DNA from: Octopus vulgaris
Lineage: Eukaryota
Assembly: GCA_951406725.2 (NCBI GenBank)
Contig: OX597834.1
Location: 7,564,001-7,628,000 of the forward strand
DNA: 64,000 bases
Direction of reading: 5' to 3'
The position numbers and the translations under genes are program-made. How positions within the stretch are numbered: position 1 is the first letter of the stretch; each line of letters starts with the position of its first letter. Below are positions 25,937-39,289 of this stretch, in pieces. A model generated the notes under the pieces. The model saw nothing but the letters and a program-made list of their open reading frames with translations, made no database searches and was not told the origin of the DNA.

Positions 25937-26281
25937 GAGACAACGTGTCTCTAAAAGAAATGGAGAAACTCTCAAAATACAAAGACCTGGAAATAGAGGT
26001 AACCAGAATGTGGAATCTAAAAACAGAAACAATTCCTATCATAGTAGGTGCATTAGGCATGATAAAAAAATATTCAGACAAATACATAACAAAAACACCA
26101 GGACTTACAAACACATATAACATACAGAAAATTGCACTACTAGGCACTGCACACATCCTACGCAGAACACTTTCCATTCAATAACCATCAGAGAATCACA
26201 ACAAATCACAGTACATACCCAAGGCACACAGAGCTGCGCTCGGTAGTGAAGTGAAAGCACGCTATAAAAATAAAACTACTG
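25937..26281 (+). mobile_element. R4/Dong-like family Y, short 5'-truncated copy in (AAT)n
   Basis: Nearly identical to 18428-18771; same peptide SLKEMEKLSKYKDL...RTLSIQ. Confidence 0.9.
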
Positions 26282-26293
26282 AATAATAATAAT

Positions 26294-27345
26294 ATTTCGT
26301 GTTCCTGGATTGCAAACGCATACCTTTCAAAGTGGGAGGTGGTAATCCGGCAGTTGGTCCATGAAAGACTGCTTTGATGATCGATGTTACTAACATCTCG
26401 GAACTTTCTACTGACATATCCATGCATGGTCTTCTGCTGATATACGCTCATTCTTTCATCTGATGATACGTTTCGGCAGAGTCGAGCGACATCTTTGGGC
26501 ATGTATTCTAAGGTTATCAGACACAGAGTGTTGCCGAAGGAGCTGCCTTCTAAGTCTTATGATGTTATAAGCCTCATGATGTTATGCAAACTTGGCCAAG
26601 GGATGCACTTCGACACTTGGTGGTTAAAAGATGTTGCCGAAGTAATATGATGCGACATTCAAAGGCATTTTGGGATGTATGTACGTATGGATGGATGTAT
26701 ACATAGAAATTTGCATGTTTTGTTTCATATATGTCAGCTCATGCATATAATTACCTATCTGGATACGTTCATATATACTTTAATGATAAATTTCTGGAAA
26801 GTTTTACAGATTTTTACAGTTCCAGTGATGGACTGGATCTGTAGTTTTTGAATTAGCTTTCTTCTTTCTCGTGTTGAGAAGCCTAATTCCACAGGATCGT
26901 TATTTAGGTATTGTGTTACGTATCGCAGTGCCCCAATAATTACAGGTCTAAACCTGAATTTGTAATCTGGATAGAGCAACTACAAATTTCTCAATCGTTC
27001 AGTGTAGGTATTCTCTTTTTGACTGGCCTTCTGCTTTATGTTAACATCCGCTTGGCATCTGATATTCACAACTGTACACAGTTTCTCTTCTCTATCCCAA
27101 ATCATTATATTAGGTCTGTTGTGCTTACATGTTTGTGAAATTTTCACTGGAATATTCTACCAAAATTCCTCGTTATTATGAGTGGGTCTGGCTTCCACCA
27201 TACTGTGGGGTCTTATTTCTTTGTCCTTAGGGTTATTCTTTCGACGGATCTCATTCTACCGAGTCCTGGCTACAAGGTAACGTCTCATTGGTGGATAGTA
27301 CCGTGATGACATTTTCGGCCAACTGCTTACGAAGAGGGAGCTATC
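26294..27345 (-). mobile_element. RLE-type (R4-like) LINE family Z, two fragments
   Basis: 26750-27345: NRPNIM, YPDYKFRFRPVIIGAL C-terminus; 26294-26680: MHGYVSRK...HFERYAFAIQEHEI. Confidence 0.7.
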
Positions 27346-27346
27346 T

Positions 27347-27637
27347 ACCCCTAGGACTTATTCTTTGTAAGCCTAGTACTTATTCTATCGGTCTCTTTTG
27401 CCGAACCGCTAAGTTACGGGAACGTAACACAGACACACAAACACACACATATATATATACATATATATATATACATATATATACGACGGGCTTCTTTCAG
27501 TTTCCGTCTACCAAATCCACTTACAAGGCTTTGATCGACCCGAGGCTAGAGTAGGATACACTTGCCCTACTATACGCAGTGGGATTGAACCCAGGACCAT
27601 GTGGTTGAGAAGCAAGGTACTTCCCACACAGCCACTC
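27347..27637 (-). mobile_element. SINE family A (partial)
   Basis: Similarity to 807-1230. Confidence 0.85.
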
Positions 27638-28223
27638 AATCACATTATACATAAATCTCAAGTATTCTTGGATTTTTGAAGCGGGGATATTTGGGAATGT
27701 TGTAGTTACTCAAAAGTCAAAATAGATACGAAGTTTGAGAAAGGGTACAGTTTTATTTCTCTTGGTTAGCCTGATAGTATCTGCTTGGCTTTCAATGAAA
27801 ATTTGATACTTTTAACCGACAGTTTGTTCTTGAGATATATACCACCGTAATGTTCTCAAACAAAGCAACTATTCTAAACATTGTACCGGTTGACAGCAAC
27901 CCATTTTCTTCACACCAAGGAGGGAAATACAGATCCGTTTGGACAATGAATGTTTAATGAATTCTGATCAGATTAAGTAAGAAATAGATCTGTAGCTAGT
28001 CATACATAAAAAATTAAGACTAAGTATTGAATTACTGCTTAATATTTTTTTGGTTTTGCAATATTTGTCCGTACAAAGATATGGGAATATATTTTTATTA
28101 ACATAGTTACGTACACACGCGCACACACACAGACACACACACACAAGGTATATGTCTATATGTATAATTATATACAGAGTACGATAAACAGCGAGAGAGA
28201 TATAGGTATATTTGTATAAATGT

Positions 28224-28630
28224 TCTTTTATTCTTTTACTTATTTTAGTCATTTGACTGTGGCAATGCTGGAGCACTGCCTTTAGTCAAACAAATCAACA
28301 CTAGGACTAATTCTTTCGACCACTTTTGACGAACCTCCAAGTTATGGGGACGTAAAATAACAACATCGGTTGTCAAGTGATAGTGGGGGGAGGGGACAAA
28401 TACACACACATACGTAGACATATACGAACACACGCGGACGCGAACACACACACACACACAAACACACACACATATATACGACAGGCTATCTTCAGTCTAC
28501 CACATCCTCTCACAAGTTTCTGGTCGGCCCGAGGCTGTCGTAGAAGACATTTACACAAGATGCCACGAAGTGGGACTGAACCCGGAACGATGTGTGTGGG
28601 AAGCAAGCTTCTTACCACACAGCCGCGCCT
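28224..28630 (-). mobile_element. SINE family A
   Basis: Similarity to 807-1230. Confidence 0.85.
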
Positions 28631-28680
28631 ATACGCATATTTTCATATTCACATGTATGTACACACATATATATATATAT

Positions 28681-28876
28681 TTTTTTTACTACCCACAAGG
28701 GGCTAAACACAGAGGGGACAAACAACATCGACCCCAGTGCGTAACTAGTGCTTAATTTATCGATCCCGAAAGGATGAAAAGCAAAGTCGACTTCGGTGAA
28801 AATTTGAACTTGGAACGTAACGACGGACGAAGGCATTTCGCCCGGCGTGCTAACGTTTCTGCCAGCTCGCCGCCTT
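28681..28876 (-). mobile_element. SINE family M
   Basis: Similarity to 6811-7041. Confidence 0.85.
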
Positions 28877-28892
28877 GCATGTATACAACCTC

Positions 28893-28941
<49 letters not shown>

Positions 28942-29026
28942 AATATATAAATATATATTTTATATATATATATAAATATATAAATATTTATTTATATATA
29001 TATATATATATATAAATATATATTAT

Positions 29027-29117
<91 letters not shown>

Positions 29118-29229
29118 TGCGTGTTTAGGCATATGCTATTGTCACCTTCGGTGTATGTCTGAGTGGATATAACCGTCATGCAAGTGTTGTTCTTCGTCTC
29201 CACTCACCCTCAAAGAATATGTCACGTCA

Positions 29230-29337
29230 TACTCTTTTGCCGAATCGCTAAGTTACGTGGACGTAAACACACCAGCATCGGTTGTCAAGCGATGTTGGGG
29301 GAACAAACACAGACACACAAACATATACACACACATA

Positions 29338-29384
<47 letters not shown>

Positions 29385-29538
29385 GACGGGCTTCTTTTAC
29401 CGTCTACCAAATTCACTCACAAGGTTTTGGTCGTTTCGAGGATATAGTAGGAGACAATTGCCCTAGTTGCCACGCTGTGGGATTGAGCGCTGAACCACGT
29501 GGTTGGTAAGCAAGCTACATACCACAGAGCCACCCTTG
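29230..29538 (-). mobile_element. SINE family A (partial)
   Basis: Similarity to 807-1230. Confidence 0.8.
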
Positions 29539-29987
29539 TGTATATGTAGAAATATTATATCACTTAAAAGCAGGTGATATAGGGGTGGGGGCTGGACATT
29601 GAAGAACTGCCTCACTAAATTCCAACCGATTCATTCAAGCATCAAAACGTGTACGCTAAAATGATGAAGGTGATGATACGCATGCAGGTGAAATGATTAG
29701 ATGAGGTTCACCAAAATATTCAACCTGTTGCGGAAACAAATAAGCAAATGTATACATCGAGCCATTAGCTATATGTAACAACATTATGATGGATCTCCAA
29801 ACTCGACTGAAACAGCTGGTAGACTTATAACACCTGACCGCCACCTCTTTAAGTCTCTGTATCGTTTAAACACTGAGTAAGTTTGATTTATTGATATTTA
29901 TATATTCATACTTAAATATTTATCATCTGAAAATCTTCAGTCTTTGCTTTCTTTCTATTTGCATGGATACATACATACGCACATACA

Positions 29988-30059
<72 letters not shown>

Positions 30060-30064
30060 TAAAT

Positions 30065-30121
<57 letters not shown>

Positions 30122-30124
<3 letters not shown>

Positions 30125-30339
30125 TCTTTTACTCTTTTACTTGTTTCAGTCATTTGACTGCGAAAATGCTGGAGCACCGCCTTTAATCAAGCAACTGGAC
30201 CCCGGGACTTATTCTTTGTAAGCCCAGTACTTATTCTATCGATCTCTTTTACCGAAACGCCAAGTGACGGGGACATAAACACACCAGCATCGGTTGTCAA
30301 GGAATGCTAAGGGGACAAACACGGACACACAAACACACA

Positions 30340-30384
<45 letters not shown>

Positions 30385-30890
30385 CATCATCATCATTGTT
30401 CGACCGTGGTCGAGACAATGGAATTTACCATGCTACGCCAGACTTCACAGTCCATCATGGCATTACGGAGGTCCTGTTGCTAGATGCCTGTATCCCTGGA
30501 GATTACATCAGGGTAGGAGAGTGTGCGCCCTCTGGTATTGCGAGTAGATGGCTTCCAGAGGAGAAGAGTAGAAATTATTTCTTTTTCAGCTCTACAACAA
30601 TGTCCAGCAAACTGGACTCTCCTAGCTTTCACAAGAGATGGCACAGGTGGTAGTTTCCCATATATATGCATATTGGTTGGATGGCGCTTCCACGAGAGAT
30701 TTTGAGCTCTCATAAGGAGGCGAGTGTAGGTTCCATCCAACCGCCTCTCAAGCTTCTTTGATAACGTCCAGGTTTCTGAGCCATATACCAAATCCACTCA
30801 CAAGGCTTTGGTCGGCCCGAGGCTATAGTAGAAGACACTTGCCCAAGGTGCCACGCAGTGGGACTGAACCCGGAACCATGTGGTTGGTAA
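30122..30890 (-). mobile_element. SINE family A split by an RTE insertion
   Basis: SINE parts at 30122-30380 and 30787-30890. Confidence 0.85.
30384..30787 (-). mobile_element. RTE-clade LINE 3' end with (GAT)n tail
   Basis: YGSETWTLSKKLERRLDGTYTRLLMRAQNLSWK...RRVQFAGHCCR, the RTE ORF C-terminus. Confidence 0.85.
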
Positions 30891-31260
30891 CATATTAGAG
30901 GGAAACCACTATGTGGACAACATTATTCTAGAAATAGAGACAAATTTAGCAAAACACTCAAAACGTAATCGAGCAAGACCAAAAGAAAAGAAAAGCAATA
31001 AAAATATGGATTATTCGCATGCATGTTTCACTATTAACATATTACGTAAGTTAACTTACATAAACTTACGTAATATGTTAATAGTGAAACATGTATGCGA
31101 ATAATCCATATTTTTATTGCTTTTCTTTTCTTTTGGTCTTGCTCGATTACGATTTGGGTGTTTTGCTAAATTTGTCTTGAGAACATTTCTTAGTGGTAAG
31201 ACCATAGCGGATCTATTTCTAGCATAAGGGTGTCCACATAGTAGTTTCCCTCTAATATGT
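30890..31260. repeat. ~370-bp palindrome
   Basis: Arms 30890-31052 and 31063-31260; the right arm has ~35 extra bp. Confidence 0.9.
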
Positions 31261-31368
31261 ATATAATACAATTTTTACTGAACCTTCACTTTTTTTATAT
31301 GCTAGACAACTGGTGTGAAATCGATGTCAAATTAATATCTAATTTCTCCCCCTCATTTTAAATTTATA

Positions 31369-31399
<31 letters not shown>

Positions 31400-31759
31400 T
31401 GTATCTCAAACCCAAATTTTTATGTTGGATTTGTCTCCATATCTGCCCAACTTGATTCCTCTTATGACCTCTCTTTACCTCTGGAATTGGTCTCTCGTAA
31501 AGACATCGGAGTCTACGTTCGAACCATTTGAGGGCTATTAAGTGTTTTCTATACTGAGAATCTCCGAAACTAATGTATTGACTATATATACACGTGCGCG
31601 CAGAAATACACACACACACACAGATATATATATACATATATATATAGGTTATTGTATGTATGTATATATGGAGAGTTTACGAAAAAAAACAAAAGACAAA
31701 GACAGGTGCTGTACAAAAAAAACGAATGTATTAGTATAACGCTCAAGAATAGAAAAAGT

Positions 31760-31795
31760 CTTTTACGTTTCGAGCCTACGCTCTTCTGCAGAAAG
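31760..31795 (-). ncRNA. Minimal hammerhead-like ribozyme (family 2, A6C core) within element ~31668-31830
   Basis: Minus strand CTTT-CTGCAGA-A-GAGC GTAG GCTC-GAAA-CG-TA-AAAG. Confidence 0.6.
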
Positions 31796-32729
31796 GGACA
31801 CAGTAAAAACAAGGAGAGAAAAAAATATGTGTAGTGGCTAATAACAGGAGGTGGATTATGGCTCACTGCAGCTATTTCAGACGTGTTTTTATTGATGGAT
31901 AGAATTTTTACATCATGCAGAAAAAAACTTTTCATCAGGTGAGTCTATGTGAGAATTAAACATTTCAAAACATCATAATTCCCCGAATTGACAATCTCTT
32001 ACGTTTATATAAAACTCTATGCACATGAGGGAATGGCTATAAATGTATTAGAAGTATGTGTTTGTGCGTATATAAATGTATACATGAGTGTGTGAATATA
32101 CATGTGTTTAATTGCTTAGGTTATTGCTCATATCCCGGCATATATATGTATGAGTCTACGTGTTAACTCTGTACAAGAATAGGAGCAATTAGATAGTACC
32201 TATGTTTATGTGTTAGTATAAGAGTGTAGAGGTTATGCGCATGTAAGTATAGCTTGGTAATAATTATATATTTAAATATATACGAGAGGACATATATATT
32301 ATATTTATGTGTGTGTGTGTGGTTGGTTGTATATATATATATATATATATGTGTGTTTGTGTGTGAGTGTGTGTATATGTAGGCGTGCATTCTTATATAT
32401 GTGTTATTATTGTACGTCCAGTATAATAAACATATGTGTGTAGGTGCGAGTATGTAGATTTGTAAGGATATTGCCATGTATATATATTTGTACACAAATG
32501 TATATGTGTATATAAATATCTGTCCCTCATCCTTCTGTTTTTATTACCTTTTCATGAGTCTTGTGTCGGAACTGTGGTCTAGCTATGTATAGATTAAAAT
32601 ATAATAAAATAACAAGTAGAGTTAATCGCCACATGAATATAGCTGTTCAATGTTACTATTAATTTAACCCCAGGACGATTTTCCGCGAGCTGGTTATAGG
32701 TGCCGTCTGCACCCTATACATACACACAC

Positions 32730-32851
<122 letters not shown>

Positions 32852-32969
32852 TGCAAGGTAGCGAACCCCTATCATCTTCCAGCAGACGACTAGTCTGCTC
32901 ATCCTCAGCCGCGAACACCTGGTCGCCAGAGGGATGGCCAGAGTCCGCTCCAGCAAGCAATATATATAT

Positions 32970-33200
32970 ATTTCTTTACTACCCACAAGGGGCCAAACAC
33001 AGAGGGGACAAACAAGGACAGACAAAGGGATTAAGTCGGTTACACCGACCCCAGAGCGCAACTGGTACTTAATTTATCGACCCCGAATGGATGAAAGGCA
33101 AGGTCGACCTCGGCGGAATTTGAACTCAGAACGTAACGACAGACGAAATACGGCTACGCATTTCGTCCGGCGTGCTAACGTTTCTGCCAGCTCGCCGCCT
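32970..33200 (-). mobile_element. SINE family M with 18-bp target-site duplication
   Basis: TCCAGCAAGCAATATATA at 32949-32966 and 33201-33218. Confidence 0.9.
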
Positions 33201-33739
33201 TCCAGCAAGCAATATATAGTAAAAAAAAAAGTGACAATCGGTCATTGATTTGCAACAAGGAATGTAGCCAGTTGTAAAATTTCAATCCGCTAACTGGTTA
33301 TGGTGGAATATCTGCCTGGGGTTAAACTAATAGTAACATTGAACAGCCACATTGATGTAGCGATTAATTTTACTTGTTAGTATAGTTACTGCTCTCATGT
33401 CGTATTGAGATTTTACAGCTTGTTTGCTTAATAAAATAACCTTATCTCATTTATGACACTTTATGAGGTAGAACGTGTACACTTCTGCTCATCGCTTCTC
33501 TCTTCCGCATTCATTCATTCATCCACATTAATCCACTTTCTATTTCGTCCCAATTCAAGTCACATAAAAGTTTCTTCTTTATAACACCAAGAGTGCGAAT
33601 ACAGCCAGCTCCCAAGCTGCTAAATATATCGAATGAGCCAGCACATGTGTCAAGCAATGCTAAAGGAACCGCCAATTGTAGTTCAGAGTCCTGGAAAGAC
33701 GTTTTCTCGCGTCCATGCTCAGCCACGTGTGGCACCTCA

Positions 33740-33920
33740 AAAATCAGGCGGAAGATCATAGAACAACCAGGCCGTCACATTAATGGGAGCGGCCGATGCA
33801 ACATGTGTATCGCAGAGAAAAACAATATTCTTAACGACTATGCTGAGCCTGACGCGTTAAAAAATCGTAAAAAAATTTCCTCAAAATGTGTTCTTTTCAA
33901 GCACTAGCTACTGGAAAATT
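33740..33920 (+). pseudogene. Penelope-like ORF C-terminus remnant
   Basis: KIIEQPGRHINGSGRCNMCIAEKNNILN...NRKKISSKC (CxLCxxEK and SKC motifs that follow GIY-YIG). Confidence 0.65.
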
Positions 33921-34844
33921 CGATCTCCCAATTTGCTGGTTAAGCTAATATGAGACAGGAAATACTTTGATTATATCTTCGATCCATCCACTTCTCCAGG
34001 GTAGATAACCCGTCTTCAATAACTTTTTTATAGGTCAGGCGTTTGACCTCGTTAACTTAGCGTTTCCACAATATCCACGAAGTGAAAAGTCAAGTTTGTC
34101 TTTGAAATAGAACCTGATGAGCTGTCTACAAGGGTGTAGCTTTCGCGGATACGAAACCATTGCTCACTCTATGACCAGAATTTAGCATTTTGTTTTAATG
34201 TTTCGTGTTCTGATATACGTTATATGTGTGTGTATGTGCGTGTGTGTGTATGTGCGTGTGTGTGTATGTGCGTGTGTGTGTATGTAGGCGTGCATTCTTA
34301 TGTATATGTTATTATTGTACGTCTATTATAATCAACATATGTGTCTAGGTGCGAGTAAGTAGATTTATAACGATATTGTTTTGTATATATCTTTGTACAC
34401 AAATGTATATGTGTATATAAAGATCTGTCCCTCAGACTTCTATTTTTATTACCGTTTCATGAGTTTTGTGTAGGAATAATAACAATAGTCCTTGGACGGA
34501 ATTCCTAAATATTTTACTGCATCGCTTAGCACATTTCCATATATAACCTGTCTCTTCAGATCGCAGTTCTAGGAATACAGTCTATGATATTAAGAGACAT
34601 GTTTTTTTGTGGAAAGGCGCGTAGCGATCCATTACAATATTTATAAAGTCCACTTAAATATTATTGTTATTATTACTATATTTATCGGTTACAGCTCGGT
34701 ACAAAAAAACCCAAAGGTCATTCACCTGTCAGCATCATTAGACTGTAGCCGGCATAATCCAATAGGAGCGTTATTTGCATATTCAAAACGTTTTCCGTAA
34801 ACAAATAGATAATATATACATATATATATATACATATGAATTTT

Positions 34845-34995
34845 AACAAAACTGTCCGACGAACGTGAACGGGAAGCTTCTAGTAACTGGTTTTGTTGAA
34901 TTTCTGCTGCTTTTAAATAAAGCATATTAATCTACCCCTTGTATTTGAGTACTCTTTCTCCCCACCTTCTTTCACATTTATGTGTTTATTCCGGT
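34845..34995 (+). mobile_element. Family 4 TA-embedded element (single arm of the 50452-50680 palindrome)
   Basis: AAACTGTCCGACGAACG...TTTTGTTGAATTTCTGCTGCTTTTAAATAAAGCATATTA...CACATTTATGTGTTTATTCCGG. Confidence 0.75.
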
Positions 34996-35026
34996 ATATT
35001 TATATATATATATATGTATATATATT

Positions 35027-35093
<67 letters not shown>

Positions 35094-35149
35094 ATATATA
35101 TATATATATATATATACCTATACATATACAAGCATATAAATATTTTATT

Positions 35150-35359
35150 ATTTTTTACTGCCCTCAAGGGGACAAACAAGGACAGAGAAACGGATTTAGT
35201 AGATTACATCGACCCCAGTCCGTAACTGGTACTTATTTAATCGACCCCGAAAGGATGAAAGGCAAAGTCGACTTCGGTGTAATTTGAACTCAGAACGTAA
35301 CGGCAGAGGAAATACTGCGAAGTATTTCGCCCAGTGTGCTAACGATTCTGCCAGCTCGC
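35150..35359 (-). mobile_element. SINE family M
   Basis: Similarity to 6811-7041. Confidence 0.85.
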
Positions 35360-35950
35360 ATATAAATATCTTATATACATATAGATACACAAGCATATAA
35401 ATATTTTATCTAGCAGGCCAGAACTTCGAAGTCACTGTACTTGTTAATGTATAATAAATTTATACTCTACAAGAAAGTATTGGATATTCGAGTAGTTTAA
35501 CATAAAATTGCATTTATCACACAACCTGACATAAAAACAAACATTAGTATACACACATATATATATGAATATATTAATCCCTGGGCGTATGTATATGTCT
35601 GTGAATGTATACATAACTATATTTTTCTGTCTGTGTGTGTGATTGAGTATATGAATATATTTCTCTATGTTTGTGTATGTGAGTTTGCGTGTGTGTATGT
35701 GCGCAGAACCCATCCTGCAACCACTCGACTGAAATTCACATATCCAAGGAGACTAGATAAAGCGAAGATTAGCTTCAATGCGTCGCAACCCAACAATGGC
35801 TCAACTGGTCAAAAGTTCAAAGTCACAACTTAATAACATTCTTGATTAAGATTAATAGATTTTTACTCTCCAAAAGTGCAATGTAAATTTGTAAAATGTA
35901 TAATGTAAATTTACTCTCATTATAAACTGAACATGGAAAAATACATACAT

Positions 35951-36029
<79 letters not shown>

Positions 36030-36035
<6 letters not shown>

Positions 36036-36342
36036 TAATTAGAGATAAAACCACTATTAGACAAATCATACAATGAAAAACTTAAGCCAATACATAAGAT
36101 TAATGAATTTATATTATTTAAAAATATCAAAATTATTAAAAAAGATAATTGTGTTATACTAATTAGCTTTTTTAATAATTTTGATATTTTTAAATAATAT
36201 AAATTCATTAATCTTATGTATTGGCTTATTGCCTAATAGTGGTTTTATCTCTAATTAATATAATATAATATTTTACTATAAAATTGGATTCAATCCTAAA
36301 TCTGATTTTTCCCTGTAAGTTTGGATTTATTCCCTAATATTT

Positions 36343-36347
<5 letters not shown>
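36030..36347. repeat. Asymmetric AT-rich palindrome (family 5) in (TA)n
   Basis: Arms ~36030-36150 and ~36160-36263; unpaired tail AAAATTGGATTCAATCCTAAATCTG shared with 54105-54180. Confidence 0.85.
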
Positions 36348-36392
<45 letters not shown>

Positions 36393-36494
36393 AAGCTGGA
36401 TTTCCCTGTGAATATACGTGTCTATGGAGTGGTCAGCACGTTCATTTCACGTGCAAGTTGTTATATATATATATATATATTCTTTGAAGGCCTA

Positions 36495-36779
36495 ATACTT
36501 ATTCAATCGATGTCATATTCCGAACAGCTAAGTTACGGAGATGTAAACAAACCAGTTGTCAAGCGATGTTGGGTGGGCAAACACACACACTAACGCACGC
36601 AAACACACATATATATACGACGGGCTTCTTTCAGTTTCCGTCTAACAAATCCACTAACAAGACTTTGGTCGGCCCGAGGCTATAGTAGAAAACATTTGCT
36701 CAAGGTATCACGCAGTGGAACTGCACACGGAAGCATGTGGTTAATAAGCAAGCTACTTTCCACACAGCGACTCCTGTCC
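36495..36779 (-). mobile_element. SINE family A (partial)
   Basis: Similarity to 807-1230. Confidence 0.8.
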
Positions 36780-37020
36780 TTCTCAGAAAATTCTATATTT
36801 ACCTTTCCCATCCTGTTGAAAATTATGTACCAGAAATATACTTTGGGTATAGTAAATGAGTTCAGCAAAAATTTAGATTCAGATGAATATGGTACTTAAG
36901 TTCAGGCACCAGAATTTAGTACAGTATCCATACAATTCCAAAGTAAGGTGATTAAAATCAAAATCCGCAACAAGGATATCCAGAGGTGGATATCTTTGTT
37001 GCTTATTTTGATGATATACT

Positions 37021-37061
<41 letters not shown>

Positions 37062-37725
37062 CACCTATAGTTTGTTGCATATCCGTATGCTTGTCTACAG
37101 GAAAATTTTCATTCAAATTTATCTTTCTTTAGATGAGCATAATAGTTCCTGACATCTGTCCCTTTGTGCTGACACTGTGTCAAATCTGATTGAGATTTCA
37201 TAGTGAGGTTTACTCACTAATAACTAGAAGTCCCTTGCAACGATCACTATGCATTTAGTAGAATCTCCGACTTTGGTTTTTACCTTGCAACATCTGAAGA
37301 TAGTTCTTCAGTACAACACCTTTTAGTCACGCATATGGTATATTCTCAAACTTATCATATATGCAGAAACATATACAGAGATATATACACATACTTACAT
37401 GTATATGCGGACATACAATCGCACATACAACAGACACACAAACTCTGATAGATATAAGTTTATAGATTCCTATATGTAAAATATACATGTATATTTAAGA
37501 TCATTGGCAATCATAAACTTTAGTAGATATGTTATGCTTTTTTGTTTTTTCGTTTCCTACGATGGTGATTTGTTGATCAAGAAATAGCACCCCACCGGAT
37601 CTTTATCGCTTATATCACAAGCAACAGCAAATATTTCCGATGTGTTATATCAGGGATAGAAGATCGGTGGTGTGAGAAACTGCAAAATCAGAAAGAAAAA
37701 GAAAAAGATAATAATAATGGTGATG

Positions 37726-37792
<67 letters not shown>

Positions 37793-38879
37793 CAATAATA
37801 ATAATAGTAATAATAATAATAATAATATTAGTAATAATAACAGTAACAACAATAATAATAATAATAATAGTAATAATAACAGTAACAATAATAATAATAA
37901 TAATAATAATAGTAATAATAACACAAGTAAAAATAAAGATGGACAGATAAAAAGCAAAGTTGAATAAAACGCACACCCCCCCCCACCTGACAAAAAATAG
38001 ATTAAAGGTAACTAATAACATATAAAAATATGGAAACATATTTCCTTTGCTTTGAAAAGAAAAATATATAAATGCGTAAATAAATATAAAAATAAATAAA
38101 TGCAAGAATATATAAAAGACAAAAAAAAAAACCGGAGAAGCAATAACGGTAATAAAAGGTAAAATAAAAACAACGAAATGCAACAAAATGTGTCAAAATT
38201 CTTTTTGGCACTTCTGATCAAGATTTTGGTGAGATGGTTCTTTCAAGATAGTTTTAGATAGTTTATATAGAATTGTGATATCGGTTCGCAGATAATAATC
38301 TGGTGTTCCTGTAAATTATGCCAACACTTCATTTCAGTTAGCAAAATTCCTGTAGTGATGGTCGATTTTTGACCGGTGAGAGAATAAAAAAAAACAAAGA
38401 AAACAAATGAGAAAATATATAAATAAATAAAAAATAAACCAATGCTGTTTTAGATCTGATTGTGTGCGTGTTTGTGTGAGTGTGTATCTGTGTGTATGTG
38501 TGTGTATAGTGGTGATGGAGTGTTAGCGGCCCTTAGTTGATGGGAAATTTTCTTGTTTTTCCAGGGTGTCATTGACTTCCTTTCTGCCAACATAAAAACA
38601 ACTACCACCTCAACTGCAAACCAAACACCACCACTCTTATCTCAGCAACGATAACACATACTCTATCATCATGACTACCGCCAACACAACACTAGGATTA
38701 AAACCACTGACACCAGTCTTTCCATATCTACATCACCAGCATTACAGCAACCATCGCAACCACTACAACGACTACGAGCCAAACCATGACTACAACCACC
38801 ATTTCATCAATTGTACCCCTATAACCAATGCAAAATCACTAATACCACTGCTACTGCCATCAAAACAACACCTCCATTA

Positions 38880-39289
38880 TCTATTTCTTTCCTACACGCA
38901 AGGGGCTAAACACAGAGAGAACAAACAAGGACAGATAAACGGATTAAGTCGATTATATCGACTCCAGTGCGTAACTGGTACTTAGTTAATCGACCCCGAA
39001 AGGATGAAAGGCAAAGTCGACCTCAGCGGAATTTGAACTCAGAACGTAGCGGCAGACGAAATACCTATTTCCATTTCTTTACTATCCACAAGGGGCTAAA
39101 CACAGAGAGGACAGACGGATTAAGTCGATTATATCGACACCAGTACGTAACTGGTACTTAATTTATCGAACTCGAAAGGATGAAAGGCAAAGTCGACCTC
39201 AGCGGAATTTGAACTCTGAACGTAACGACAGACGAAATACTGCTAAGCATTCCACCCGGCGTGCTAACGGTTCTGCCAGCTCGCTGCCT
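38880..39289 (-). mobile_element. Two tandem/nested SINE family M copies
   Basis: Meta-like domain occurs twice (about 38970-39040 and 39145-39215). Confidence 0.85.

Noticed and set aside
37563-37679. Strong minus-strand splice acceptor before unique sequence
   Set aside because: Stops in all three frames and a weak donor; at most a non-coding exon.
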